This document shows, piece after piece, positions 1-8,904 of a DNA stretch of 53,020 bases; the stretch's first letter is position 1, and each line of letters opens with the position of its first letter. The translations under genes were made by a program, and so were the position numbers. Source of the stretch: a virus (taxonomy: Duplodnaviria; Caudoviricetes); the IMG/VR virus record IMGVR_UViG_3300025101_000033, positions 1 through 53,020 of that record. One strand, 5' to 3'. The notes beneath the pieces were generated by a model that did not search any database, was not told where the DNA came from, and saw only the letters and a program-made list of their open reading frames with translations.

Positions 1-1188
1 AATGCGATGCTTCTTTTCAATCATCTCAACTTCAGTTGCAGCACCAACTCTAATGACAGCGACTCCAGAGGCAAGACGAGTAATTCTTTCTTGTAACCTT
101 TCGCACTCATGGAGATTTTCTGTCTGCTGGATTTCATTTTTGATCGCAGTAATCCTCGTATCAATTTCTTCCCAATCACCTTTACCTCCAACGATTGTTG
201 TCCATGTCTTTGTAAGAGTCAGAGACTTTGCTTGACCGAAATCGTTTAGCTTTACTTCTCGTAATGCTAGGCCGGATTCTCGTGAAACAAATGTCGCTCC
301 AACAGAAGCAGCCAAGTCTTTTAGAATGTTTCTTCTTTCTTCTCCATACTTTGGTGCACGGACTGCTGCTATTTTCATCGTACCGCGTACAGAATTAGCA
401 ATGAGAGCAGCAAGAGCTTGACCTTCAACATCTGGAGCGACGATAAGCAGGGGCCTTGAGTCTCTCGACGCGATTTCAAGCGTTGGCATGATCTGATCGA
501 CGACTTCAATCTTCTCGTCTGTGATAAGAATGAGTGGATTATCATAGTCTACCGTCCCGTTTCTTTGATTGTTAATAAATTGACTGCTAAGGTATCCAGA
601 ATCAAATCTGAAGCCTTCTATAAGGTCAAGAGTGGTTTGCATGCTTCGAGCTTCTTCAACAAGCACAGAGCCATCCTTGCCCGCTTTGTCGACTGCTGTA
701 GAAATAAGAGTTCCAATCGTTGTATCGTTATTCGCTGAGATTGTGGCAATGTGCCTTATGTCTTCAACGGTCTCGATCGGACGAGACAACTCGTCAAGCT
801 TTTCAACAATTGCATCAACCGCTTTGTTGATTCCTCTCTGAAGCTCCACAGGTGAAACACCGGAGGTCAGATAGCGTTGTCCTTCGGTTAAGATTGCTCT
901 TGCTAGAACTGTGGAAGTAGTCGTACCATCACCGGCAGTTTCCACGGTTTGCTTTGCCGCTTGCTTGATGACTTGCGCTCCAAGGTTTTGAAACGGTCCG
1001 TCAAGCTCAACAAAGTCAGCAATGGTCACACCGTCTTTTGTTAGGACGGGAACGCCTTGTTCTTTGTGAAACAATGCGACGGTTCGCCCTCGAGGTCCAA
1101 GGGTTGCCGATACATTGTCCGCCAAAATGTTGACTCCCTCAACAATCTCTTGATTGAGAGGGGAGCCTTGTTTATAATGTTTTTGCAT
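1..1188 (-). CDS. groEL: Chaperonin GroEL (C-terminus runs off the window)
   Basis: Not in the ORF track. Manual translation from ATG 1188 (RBS GGAGG) gives MQKHYKQGSPL...ATLGPRGR...TKDGVT...AGDGTTT...EGFRFDSGY...LQERITRLASGVAVIRVGAATEVEM, which are hallmark Cpn60 motifs. Confidence 0.97.
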   Translation of the reverse strand, partial: MQKHYKQGSPLNQEIVEGVNILADNVSATLGPRGRTVALFHKEQGVPVLTKDGVTIADFVELDGPFQNLGAQVIKQAAKQTVETAGDGTTTSTVLARAILTEGQRYLTSGVSPVELQRGINKAVDAIVEKLDELSRPIETVEDIRHIATISANNDTTIGTLISTAVDKAGKDGSVLVEEARSMQTTLDLIEGFRFDSGYLSSQFINNQRNGTVDYDNPLILITDEKIEVVDQIMPTLEIASRDSRPLLIVAPDVEGQALAALIANSVRGTMKIAAVRAPKYGEERRNILKDLAASVGATFVSRESGLALREVKLNDFGQAKSLTLTKTWTTIVGGKGDWEEIDTRITAIKNEIQQTENLHECERLQERITRLASGVAVIRVGAATEVEMIEKKHRI

Positions 1189-1215
1189 TAAGCCTCCATT
1201 TATGTGTTATAGTAT

Positions 1216-1244
1216 ATTATAACATCAAATGGACGGTTTGTCAA
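1216..1244 (-). promoter_or_regulatory. Sigma70-type promoter upstream of groEL
   Basis: TTGACA-17bp-TATAAT with extended -10 TG. Confidence 0.9.
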
Positions 1245-1245
1245 G

Positions 1246-2796
1246 TCATCTCTTGAATTTTTCTTGAATTAATTTTTTAATAAAGTCTTCGGTTATTTTA
1301 TGTTCATTAGTAGATTGAACAGTCTCGTCTTTTTCTTTCTTGAAGGCTGCCATCAAGTTGTTGACTTCGCCTTTGGCGCCATTTAGCTGAGTGATTGTGT
1401 TTGTTCCATCTTCTACAGCTCCGGTGCTCGAATAAATCCTTGCTTGCTCCTCGGCGGATGTCAAAAATTCAAAATACTTTTTGAAAGCATCAAAGGCACT
1501 GACCATAGATTGTTTTTCGTTGTTTATTTTATTTGTAACACCTGCTCTGAACGTTTCCGTTCGTATTCTCGCTAGTCTCAAAAATGTCGATGGGGTGTTG
1601 GCTTGAATCCAGTTGTGAAGGTAGATATCGCTGTCGGACCGGTGGAGTGGCTTAGTCCCTTCCCATTCTACGCCATCTATTTTAAAAGTATCATTGCCTG
1701 GGTCATATGTAACCAATGGAGTGTAGATTTGTAACGCAATTATCTTTCTTGGATCTGAAGATCCCCTTAGCTTGTTGTCGCGTTGCTCTTCGTCTTGTTT
1801 TTTCAAAGCAATTACATATCGCACCCTGACCTCTTGGTTTGCATTCTCTGCTGCCAAAGCCTTAAATCCTGAGATTGCTTGCTTTAGTTCTGCGTTTGCT
1901 GTTGTAAAATACTTTGCAGATCCATAATTGTTATCCACATCTATGAAGTCATAGGCGCCAGCTTTTCCAGCATCCGTCAACTTCTTGCCGGTAGATTGCC
2001 CACCAGATAGTAAAGCCAAAATAGCTTCAAAAAAGTATGCTCCACTGCCGGCATCAAGTTCTTTGACAACGTGATTAAACAAATCTAGAATCATTATTTC
2101 AGTCAGAGTCTGGCTTATTGATTGCCCTTCTGGTAACTCTCCGGAGTCTTTTGCAAAATATTTATCAGAGACTTCAGAGATCTTTTCAAGTCTTGAGACT
2201 ATGTCGGTCTCTGCACCCAAGAAACTTTTTATAATTTGGACGTAATCTTCTGGGAGATCTCCCAGTTCAATTCTTGATGGATCTAAATCTGGAGAAGAAA
2301 CGGATTGAATTCCTTTTGTTCCCTCTTTTCTAAATTCTTCAAAGTTCTTCAAGACCTCTCGAGCCTTTCTTCCTAACTCTTTGATTTTTTTCTCTGCTCC
2401 TTTGGAGTTTAGGAAAATGTATGTAACTTTTGCGTGATCTTTTTTTGCATTGGAGATGCCTCTGCCCCCTTTGCTATTCCTTTCGGCTTTGTCTTTCACT
2501 TTTTTCAAGTTGGCTGGAGACATTTGACCCAATTTAGTAAAATAAATCAAAGCATGCTGCACATCAGCTGAGACTCTTTCCGGATCTTTGATGAGTTCCT
2601 GTAGATCGTTTACATCAATCTCATCAATTTCTTTTGCTTGGCCTGCTATGAGATTCATACCGTTCATAAACGATGATGTGGTCACTGCTTTTGTTTCCGG
2701 GGCGTCTTCGGTACCTCTGAAGAAGTCCAATGCCGAAGGTTTTAACGCATTTTCAATCAACTTCTTTAAATCTTCTTTTTTAACTTTCTTAGTCAT
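1246..2796 (-). CDS. Putative internal head protein with leader-like termini and a PD-(D/E)xK-like central segment
   Basis: N-terminus KVKKEDLKKLIENAL and C-terminus KITEDFIKKLIQE both resemble the shared leader. The centre reads GAYFFEAIL...AYDFID...SAKY. ATG 2796 follows RBS GGAGAG. Confidence 0.5.
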   Translation of the reverse strand: MTKKVKKEDLKKLIENALKPSALDFFRGTEDAPETKAVTTSSFMNGMNLIAGQAKEIDEIDVNDLQELIKDPERVSADVQHALIYFTKLGQMSPANLKKVKDKAERNSKGGRGISNAKKDHAKVTYIFLNSKGAEKKIKELGRKAREVLKNFEEFRKEGTKGIQSVSSPDLDPSRIELGDLPEDYVQIIKSFLGAETDIVSRLEKISEVSDKYFAKDSGELPEGQSISQTLTEIMILDLFNHVVKELDAGSGAYFFEAILALLSGGQSTGKKLTDAGKAGAYDFIDVDNNYGSAKYFTTANAELKQAISGFKALAAENANQEVRVRYVIALKKQDEEQRDNKLRGSSDPRKIIALQIYTPLVTYDPGNDTFKIDGVEWEGTKPLHRSDSDIYLHNWIQANTPSTFLRLARIRTETFRAGVTNKINNEKQSMVSAFDAFKKYFEFLTSAEEQARIYSSTGAVEDGTNTITQLNGAKGEVNNLMAAFKKEKDETVQSTNEHKITEDFIKKLIQEKFKR

Positions 2797-3685
2797 TTTC
2801 AATGCTCTCCAAAATTGCTTTTAAATCAAGACCGGCACAATCGATCTTTCCTTTCTTTAAATGATAGTGGCTTATAAAGCCTTCAAATTTGCCATCAGCG
2901 CATTTTTTGCTTACGGTAGTGTTTGTATCCCCCGAACGACCCAAGGGAGCTTTAAGAGGTATTCCCGTGGCTTTATGGACGGCTTTCATGAGGGCCTTCA
3001 AGGCTTCGATCTGTACAGGGTAGAATCCCGTAAATGGATCAAGAGTTTTACCATGAACAACAGCATCGTCAACAATCGGTCGTTCATCTAATCCGTTCTT
3101 TGTGTACCAGTTCTGGTACTTTGGGTAGTAAGCGTTGGCAATCTCAACTCCAACAGACTTATCGTTCCACATTTTACCGCCGGCATGCCATGCAATATCG
3201 TTCATGTCCATGAATTGATAGATCGTTCCGTCGTTGTCAATTGCAAAGTGCACAGAGATTCCTCGCTTTTGAAGAACCTTGTGACATGACTTCGAGGACA
3301 AACATACATCCCAATGACAAACAAAAAAAGACGGGTTCCGCTCTCCGGTATGCTTTCTAAAGCCTTTCGAGAGTTTCAATCCGTCTCCTTCAAAGAACAA
3401 CTTGACCTTAGGCCAGTCGATCTCAAAGTAATCTCCGTTAGAGATAATAAACTTTTGACCCGGTGTTGCATCTGTTGGACGAAAGTCTTCCAAGTCAGCC
3501 ATTCTTTCATTGTAGATTACACGGAAAGTGCCCGGACCACAAAGTCCGTCGGCACCCATTCCGTTTTTCTTTTGATATTTCATAATTGCTTCAGCGAGGT
3601 CATCATCAAATTCCTCACAGCCAAACCAGTGCGGTTCCCAGCCCAGCCTCATCGCTGAGTTTTCATTATAAAAATCTTTATCCAT
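2789..3685 (-). CDS. Endolysin: peptidoglycan-binding domain + N-acetylmuramoyl-L-alanine amidase (Amidase_2 type)
   Basis: YQKKNGMGADGLCGPGT (PG-binding), then VCHWD, SVHFAIDNDGTIYQ, AWHAG, SVGVEI and SHYH...KIDC. Confidence 0.9.
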   Translation of the reverse strand: MDKDFYNENSAMRLGWEPHWFGCEEFDDDLAEAIMKYQKKNGMGADGLCGPGTFRVIYNERMADLEDFRPTDATPGQKFIISNGDYFEIDWPKVKLFFEGDGLKLSKGFRKHTGERNPSFFVCHWDVCLSSKSCHKVLQKRGISVHFAIDNDGTIYQFMDMNDIAWHAGGKMWNDKSVGVEIANAYYPKYQNWYTKNGLDERPIVDDAVVHGKTLDPFTGFYPVQIEALKALMKAVHKATGIPLKAPLGRSGDTNTTVSKKCADGKFEGFISHYHLKKGKIDCAGLDLKAILESIEND

Positions 3686-4340
3686 TCCAAACCTCGTCTG
3701 CTAGGCCCTTCTCTATTGCTTCTTCTGAAGACAAATAGACGTTAACTTTCCTGTTAATTAGTGTCTGTATTTGTCTTTTTGTCATTGAAGTTTCGTCAGA
3801 CATAGCCTGAATGTATGATTCTTGTAAGCCGGCCATTTGTTCCATCTCGTTTTGCAGATTGTGAAGCTCTCCAACGTGACCTCCATTAACCGCATGAAGC
3901 ATTACTCGCGAGTGTTTTCCTAAAAATCTCTTACCCTTTGTACCGGCTGAGAGCAAAAGCGTTCCGGCAGACATAACTTTGCCGAGACCGATTGTTTGAA
4001 TGTCGCAATGTTGCTTGCAGAAATTCATTACATCATAGATGGCAAACATTTCATCTGCTGATCCACCATAGGTATTGATGTACAACTTAATGTCTTCAGC
4101 TTTTTCTTCATCTTCTTCTTTTGTTTGAGCTAGCACCAAAAGAGCAGAGATTAAGTCTGCCGTCTTTTCTTCGTTAACATCACCTACGAACATGATGGAG
4201 CGTTCTTCTGGCCCTCCAGCGCCGGCACCGCCTCCTAAGAGGTCCGCCAAGGACATTTGTTTTGATTCTTCTTCTGATTCGCATACTTCCTCTTCTTTGC
4301 TTTTTTTTGTTTTCTTTTTATCTTTTCCAAGTCTGAACAT
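3678..4340 (-). CDS. clpP: ClpP-family protease subunit
   Basis: IKLYINTYGGS, GLGKVMSAGTLLL (Ser), GKRF...RVMLH (His), YLSSEEAIEKGLAD. Confidence 0.92.
   Translation of the reverse strand: MFRLGKDKKKTKKSKEEEVCESEEESKQMSLADLLGGGAGAGGPEERSIMFVGDVNEEKTADLISALLVLAQTKEEDEEKAEDIKLYINTYGGSADEMFAIYDVMNFCKQHCDIQTIGLGKVMSAGTLLLSAGTKGKRFLGKHSRVMLHAVNGGHVGELHNLQNEMEQMAGLQESYIQAMSDETSMTKRQIQTLINRKVNVYLSSEEAIEKGLADEVWNG
3755..3762 (-). promoter_or_regulatory. Candidate late-promoter motif ACTAATTA inside clpP, upstream of the endolysin
   Basis: Matches the ACTAWTTA motif about 70 bp before the amidase start; could be a chance match. Confidence 0.4.
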
Positions 4341-4360
4341 ACTTTCTCCCGTGTTCTAAT

Positions 4361-4386
4361 AAAAAAGGAGAGGACTAAGCCTCTCC
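4361..4386 (-). terminator. Intrinsic terminator
   Basis: GGAGAGG-CTTAGT-CCTCTCC-TTTTTT. Confidence 0.85.
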
Positions 4387-4389
4387 ATT

Positions 4390-4418
4390 AATATAACATG
4401 ATTTGCATCAATTGTCAA
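4390..4418 (-). promoter_or_regulatory. Sigma70-type promoter upstream of clpP
   Basis: TTGACA-17-TATATT with extended -10 TG. Confidence 0.8.
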
Positions 4419-4427
4419 GAAAATTTA

Positions 4428-4958
4428 TTATCTTCTTCGACCCAAAGCACGATTCAATTTTGCTTCGTGCAGTTTTGCTTCTTTTAATCGACGAGCAACG
4501 CGAGTTGCAACCTCTTCAACAATCTCGGTGTTTGAAGGAACATAAGAGATTCCAGCAAGAGCTTCCATAATGTCTTCTTCGTCTAGAACTTCACCGCCTT
4601 CTTCGGGCATTCCGCCTTCTTCTGGTGGCATTTCACCTTCTTCGTCAGCCATTCCGCCCATTTCAGCTTCAAGTCTTTTACCAAGTTCAATGAGAACCTC
4701 GGCTTCTTCTTCTGTGAGTTGCATGCCTTCGCCCATGTCGCCTTCCATGTCTTCCATGTCAGACTCAGGAGGCATTTCTTCTTCACCTTCTTGCTCGCTC
4801 ATGTACTCTTTCATTTCGTCCTCTTCAGTTTCGTAGAGGCCTTCTTCCATCTTATCTTCTTCTTTTTCTTCCTTGTAGGACATTTCATTGATCGGACTGA
4901 TGTTCGCAAGAGATTGGAATCGGCGAACAGCGGCCTCGTTTAAAAGTTTTTTAGCCAT
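4428..4958 (-). CDS. Highly acidic putative scaffold/internal head protein
   Basis: E/M/G-rich core; N-terminus LLNEAAVRRFQSLANISPINE with many L/I-x-E sites; CCTATTTA motif at 4997-5004 upstream. Confidence 0.55.
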   Translation of the reverse strand: MAKKLLNEAAVRRFQSLANISPINEMSYKEEKEEDKMEEGLYETEEDEMKEYMSEQEGEEEMPPESDMEDMEGDMGEGMQLTEEEAEVLIELGKRLEAEMGGMADEEGEMPPEEGGMPEEGGEVLDEEDIMEALAGISYVPSNTEIVEEVATRVARRLKEAKLHEAKLNRALGRRR

Positions 4959-5033
4959 AGTTTTGATCTCCTTAATAAAAAACGTTTTTTACCTTTTAAA
5001 TAGGCTCTTAATTCATAAAAGAGCCCATGAAAT

Positions 5034-5366
5034 TTAAATTTCTGGATGGTCTTCTTCAATGATGTCGAAAATGTTTTGAATGTCGTCAAAGTCAATACCA
5101 AGATCTTCCATGGTTTTATCGGATTCTTCTCGATCTTTTTTTGCTGTTTTAACATCCTTTTTCGAAAACTTATCAGATGTTTCGCGGTAATGATCCATGA
5201 ATTGCTCCATCGTTGGATGCCCTTCGAGCAAACCATTCGCACAGGCCCTTACAAACTCTGACATTGAAATCTTCAAATAATCAAGTCTTACTTTTAATTG
5301 AACATGTTGTTGATCGTTCATGTATACATAAACGCGTTTTGCGTTCTCGAGATTTTTTTTCGACAT
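5034..5366 (-). CDS. Ribbon-helix-helix-like DNA-binding protein
   Basis: Likely start MSKKN at 5366; KRVYVYM strand followed by two helices (HVQLKVRL...ISMSEFVRAC). Confidence 0.5.
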   Translation of the reverse strand: MSKKNLENAKRVYVYMNDQQHVQLKVRLDYLKISMSEFVRACANGLLEGHPTMEQFMDHYRETSDKFSKKDVKTAKKDREESDKTMEDLGIDFDDIQNIFDIIEEDHPEI

Positions 5367-5367
5367 T

Positions 5368-5784
5368 TTACCTTCCTGTTGATCCATACCCTCCGGATCC
5401 ACGTTCTGTTGGAGTAAGATCTTCAACTTCAACAAAATGAATTTTAGGGTGGGGCATGATAATTAGTTGCCCAACTCTATCTCCAATCTCATATTCTTTT
5501 TGATAAGGCGATAAGGTATACTTAAGCATTATCTCGCCGCGATAGCCTGAATCGATAACGCCAACACAATTTGTCAACCTTTGCCCGGTTTTGTATACTG
5601 ACGATCTTGGAAACAAAAGCCCAACGTGCCATGGTGGAATCTCAATTGCCAAACCAGTCTTGTAAGTAAGTGTGCCGTTGTCGGCAACAACTTCAACCGC
5701 AGTAAGGTCCAGTCCGGCGTCTCCACTCTTTGCGTATTTTGGAATAATCGCGTCCGCATGTAGTCTTTTAATTTTCACGTTCAT
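5368..5784 (-). CDS. dut: Trimeric dUTPase
   Basis: GDAGLDL, PRSS, GVIDSGYRGEI, GDRVGQL, RGSGGYGSTG; start MNVKIK at 5784 after AGGAG. Confidence 0.97.
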   Translation of the reverse strand: MNVKIKRLHADAIIPKYAKSGDAGLDLTAVEVVADNGTLTYKTGLAIEIPPWHVGLLFPRSSVYKTGQRLTNCVGVIDSGYRGEIMLKYTLSPYQKEYEIGDRVGQLIIMPHPKIHFVEVEDLTPTERGSGGYGSTGR

Positions 5785-6278
5785 TATATTTCTCCTTTGC
5801 ATCTTCCGCATTTTGTTTCTTGCCAGCCTTTATTCGATGTGGAGGCTGGTGATCCACATTTATCACATGTACATCCGGACATTTCTTCTGCAAAATCAAT
5901 TATAGCATCCACAACATCATCATGGCGATTTACATAAAATCGAAGAGTTCCGTATTTTTCTTTTACTTGTACTGCTTCGATTTGCGGTCTTCGTTTGATT
6001 TTTTCTTTTGTTTTTTGAACTTGCCTTTCCCAATATGTAATGTTATCTATTTCGTTTTTGGCTCTTGATTCTTCTAGGAATCTTTGAAATCGTATTAAAT
6101 TCTCTCTTGGTGAGTCTACATGGGACTGGATTTGGGCACAAAGAGTGTCGAGAATGTTAAACCATCCATCGCCACAGGCAATACCCCAACACATTGAAGT
6201 CTGGGTCATGTCCAAATCTTTTTGTACAAAAATTTTCGGATACTTCTCGAACAGTTTATTCTGCAGCGCTGCTTTCAT
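5784..6278 (-). CDS. Conserved phage hypothetical protein (CGDGW...QVKEKYGTLRFY...CxxC)
   Basis: Recurrent phage motif set with terminal CxxC pairs; RBS AGGAG before ATG 6278. Confidence 0.7.
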   Translation of the reverse strand: MKAALQNKLFEKYPKIFVQKDLDMTQTSMCWGIACGDGWFNILDTLCAQIQSHVDSPRENLIRFQRFLEESRAKNEIDNITYWERQVQKTKEKIKRRPQIEAVQVKEKYGTLRFYVNRHDDVVDAIIDFAEEMSGCTCDKCGSPASTSNKGWQETKCGRCKGEI

Positions 6279-6516
6279 TCTCATTCTCCTTGGAGAGGGT
6301 CGTGGCAAGAGCATCCAATTTTACAAATGTTGCTCTAAGTTTGTTCATTGCTTCTTCGATCTGTTCTTTGCTAAGGTCTCCGTACTCTTCTTGTTCATAG
6401 CCTTCCAACATGTAATTAAACAATTCAGAGCATGCCCAAGCGGCAACGCCTAAATCTGCTATTGTTAATCTAGCAGTTTCTTCGGTTTGTTCGTTACTTA
6501 TTTCCATTGCTGTCAT
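6256..6516 (-). CDS. Hypothetical protein
   Basis: 86 aa ORF overlapping its neighbours in the operon. Confidence 0.65.
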   Translation of the reverse strand: MTAMEISNEQTEETARLTIADLGVAAWACSELFNYMLEGYEQEEYGDLSKEQIEEAMNKLRATFVKLDALATTLSKENENESSAAE

Positions 6517-6716
6517 GCCGCATCTCCTAAGGACACAGAGGGTGCCCTTTGAACGTAATCAACAGCATGTTCAATGTCGGTGAATTGTGTCACAATTGGC
6601 TTGTCGCCGCCGGTATAAATTAAGACAGAATCGTTCCCCATCCTAATGCTAGCTATGTTGTTTACATTAATTGCAACGGGCTCTCCCCATTTAGTTTGTA
6701 TGTTTATAAATCTCAT
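6513..6716 (-). CDS. Small hypothetical protein (FlbD-like beta fold possible)
   Basis: MRFINI...GEPVAINVNNIASI pattern; RBS GGAG. Confidence 0.6.
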   Translation of the reverse strand: MRFINIQTKWGEPVAINVNNIASIRMGNDSVLIYTGGDKPIVTQFTDIEHAVDYVQRAPSVSLGDAA

Positions 6717-6717
6717 T

Positions 6718-7023
6718 TTATACTCCCTTTTCTTTTAGTGCTTCGACCATGTCAATCAACGCTGACATGTCTGTATCATCTTTTGCTAAGCGATAAGCCT
6801 TGACAGCTAGCGAGATCTCTTGTTTTGTAAGCCAGCCGTTCTCAACATAGTTTGCTTTTAGGTCTCGCTTTTGTTCTTTGAAAGGCTCCATGGCATCCTC
6901 GAGTGCTTTCATACTATCAAGGTAATCAGCCATGTGCTCTTCTTTTGTTTTTGCATCGTCAGCTTTCTCGACGATTGCGATTGGTGTTGTGGCATTTATG
7001 CCTGATACGAATTCAAAACTCAT
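6718..7023 (-). CDS. GapR/T4 DsbA-like small dsDNA-binding protein
   Basis: Helical YLDSMKALED...KEQKRDLKANY..NGWLTKQEISLAVKAYRL pattern; has its own promoter and RBS. Confidence 0.5.
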   Translation of the reverse strand: MSFEFVSGINATTPIAIVEKADDAKTKEEHMADYLDSMKALEDAMEPFKEQKRDLKANYVENGWLTKQEISLAVKAYRLAKDDTDMSALIDMVEALKEKGV

Positions 7024-7052
7024 AATCCCTCCGTTGTTTTGAGTATAGTTAT

Positions 7053-7081
7053 ATTATAACATGTTTTGTTTAATTTGTCAA
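7053..7081 (-). promoter_or_regulatory. Sigma70-type promoter
   Basis: TTGACA-17-TATAAT with extended -10. Confidence 0.9.
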
Positions 7082-7082
7082 G

Positions 7083-8087
7083 TTAAAAGACAAAGTTTTT
7101 TAAGCCAAAGTGTTTGTTAAGTTCGTAATTAATCTCTTCCATGGATAGAGCCTCAACGTATGCAACGTTCTTGTAGTATCCAGAAAAGTCATGGTTTCTT
7201 AGAAAGTCTTTCACATCTTCTCTGTCAATGTTTAGATACATTGTCGTCGTCTTCGCTTCGTACCTTTCGTTTGGATCTAGGTCTTTGCATTTTCCACATG
7301 AGTGACCAAAGACAATAATTTCAAAGTTTGCTCCTTTGATCTTGTCAGGTCTTTTCTGGATGTCTTTGGTGTAATACTGTTCCTTGACTTCTTGGATCTT
7401 GTTGTCGACAACCTCGTAGAGGACTCTGTCTTTTGTTTTTCTATAGACTGCGACTTCTTTCTTGGAAGGTTGAACTTTCTTAACAAGTTTGTGATTAGGT
7501 ATCTTGATCTTCTTTCTCTTTGTTTTTCTTTTCTCCCAGATTTGGAAGACTGTGTTTAAAACATCCTTTTCGTTTCTTTCGCCGTCTGGCAAATAAAAAC
7601 AGTTCTTTGGCATGTCGATGTCTGCAATCAAGTGAAAGTTTTCATGAAGAGAGTTTTGTGTCGACCACTTCCTCCAAGATCTTGGAATCAGATAGCAAAT
7701 GTAATCTGAATGCTCTGCAGCATGCTTAAAGAATTCTTTCGCTAACTGTGATGCTCTACCAAATGGAGGGTTCGTAATTGAGATGTAATTTTTGTGTTCG
7801 AATTCAGTCTTCAAGTAGTCGCCCAACTGCACCATTTTATGTTTGGGGTCAATGTCGTATGATTCAATGTTGCTCTCGGGTATACCTATTCGAAAAAATC
7901 CTTCGATAAACTCTCCGGTGCCACCACAAGGTTCAAGGATCATCTTTCCTTCTAGATCGATGTGCTTCTGTACTTCTGCAAGACACAGATCAACAACATC
8001 CGGATCAGTATAATACTGTTCGTCTCCCGAAGTTCTAGTGTTTGCATAAGATTGTTTGTTCTTGTGCCCAGCTTTGACATTATTCAT
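7083..8087 (-). CDS. SAM-dependent DNA amino-methyltransferase (N6-adenine, gamma-type motif order)
   Basis: QYYT, ILEPCGGTGEF (motif I), YDIDP, ITNPPFG (motif IV). Confidence 0.9.
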   Translation of the reverse strand: MNNVKAGHKNKQSYANTRTSGDEQYYTDPDVVDLCLAEVQKHIDLEGKMILEPCGGTGEFIEGFFRIGIPESNIESYDIDPKHKMVQLGDYLKTEFEHKNYISITNPPFGRASQLAKEFFKHAAEHSDYICYLIPRSWRKWSTQNSLHENFHLIADIDMPKNCFYLPDGERNEKDVLNTVFQIWEKRKTKRKKIKIPNHKLVKKVQPSKKEVAVYRKTKDRVLYEVVDNKIQEVKEQYYTKDIQKRPDKIKGANFEIIVFGHSCGKCKDLDPNERYEAKTTTMYLNIDREDVKDFLRNHDFSGYYKNVAYVEALSMEEINYELNKHFGLKNFVF

Positions 8088-8623
8088 AATAAATCTCCCT
8101 GTTGATTATTGTAGATGCAGTTCCATTCTGATTCATTTTCGTCGGTCAGGTTTGCACCCGCTAAGTCATCAGTGCCATAGTGAGTCAAGCACTTTCTTGT
8201 ACTTTCCATGATAGAAATGTTGTCAACAAAATCCTCTCTAGATTTTTTGTAGATTCTTATGTGATTTGGAAAAACAGATACTAGCCAGACTTCTCGCCAC
8301 GACTCTTGATTTGGTCTGATTTGATTAAACCAAGCATTCCATTTGCCATCCATGTTGACACCAGCAGTTTTCACTTCGACCTTTGTCCATTCGTCACTGT
8401 CTGACTCGCGATACTTTAGGTCACCTTCATCATTTATCATTTCGGCTTGATAGCCATTATTTTGAAGCAACTCTTGGATCAAAACAACCCCAAACTTTCC
8501 TTTCTTCTGATTTGTCAATTTTTTATAAGATTCGTTTTTTGATCCAAGCCACGCCTTGTTTGTTTTAGGTTGAAGCTTGACAAGTTGTGCGTCAATGTTT
8601 AAATTTGTATTTGTGATAATCAT
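8084..8623 (-). CDS. PD-(D/E)xK nuclease, restriction-endonuclease-like
   Basis: KGKFG...GDLKY...KVEVKTA...FNQIR; 4-bp overlap with the methyltransferase. Confidence 0.65.
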   Translation of the reverse strand: MIITNTNLNIDAQLVKLQPKTNKAWLGSKNESYKKLTNQKKGKFGVVLIQELLQNNGYQAEMINDEGDLKYRESDSDEWTKVEVKTAGVNMDGKWNAWFNQIRPNQESWREVWLVSVFPNHIRIYKKSREDFVDNISIMESTRKCLTHYGTDDLAGANLTDENESEWNCIYNNQQGDLL

Positions 8624-8646
8624 TTGTCCTCCGTTGATTATACTGT

Positions 8647-8675
8647 ATTATAACACATTACAATGTGTTTGTCAA
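8647..8675 (-). promoter_or_regulatory. Sigma70-type promoter for the nuclease-methyltransferase pair
   Basis: TTGACA-17-TATAAT, followed by CAACGGAGGACAAATG. Confidence 0.9.
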
Positions 8676-8680
8676 GTAGT

Positions 8681-8902
8681 TTAATAAATTATTTGCTCCA
8701 CGACAATTTTGGATGGTTCTCTGCGGAACACATCCCATAGCCACTCTTTGAGTATCTCGAGATCAATAAAAGTAAACAACAAAATTTGATCGCAATAGTA
8801 GTTCATGAAAATTTCATGAATCTCAGACTGATAGATACTATAGAAAGACATTTGTCTACCATCGTCAGACCAAACAATTGTAACATCAATTTGTAATGGC
8901 AT
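8681..8902 (-). CDS. Hypothetical protein
   Basis: ATG 8902 immediately after the dnaE stop; 73 aa filling the gap. Confidence 0.5.
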   Translation of the reverse strand: MPLQIDVTIVWSDDGRQMSFYSIYQSEIHEIFMNYYCDQILLFTFIDLEILKEWLWDVFRREPSKIVVEQIIY

Positions 8903-8904
8903 GT

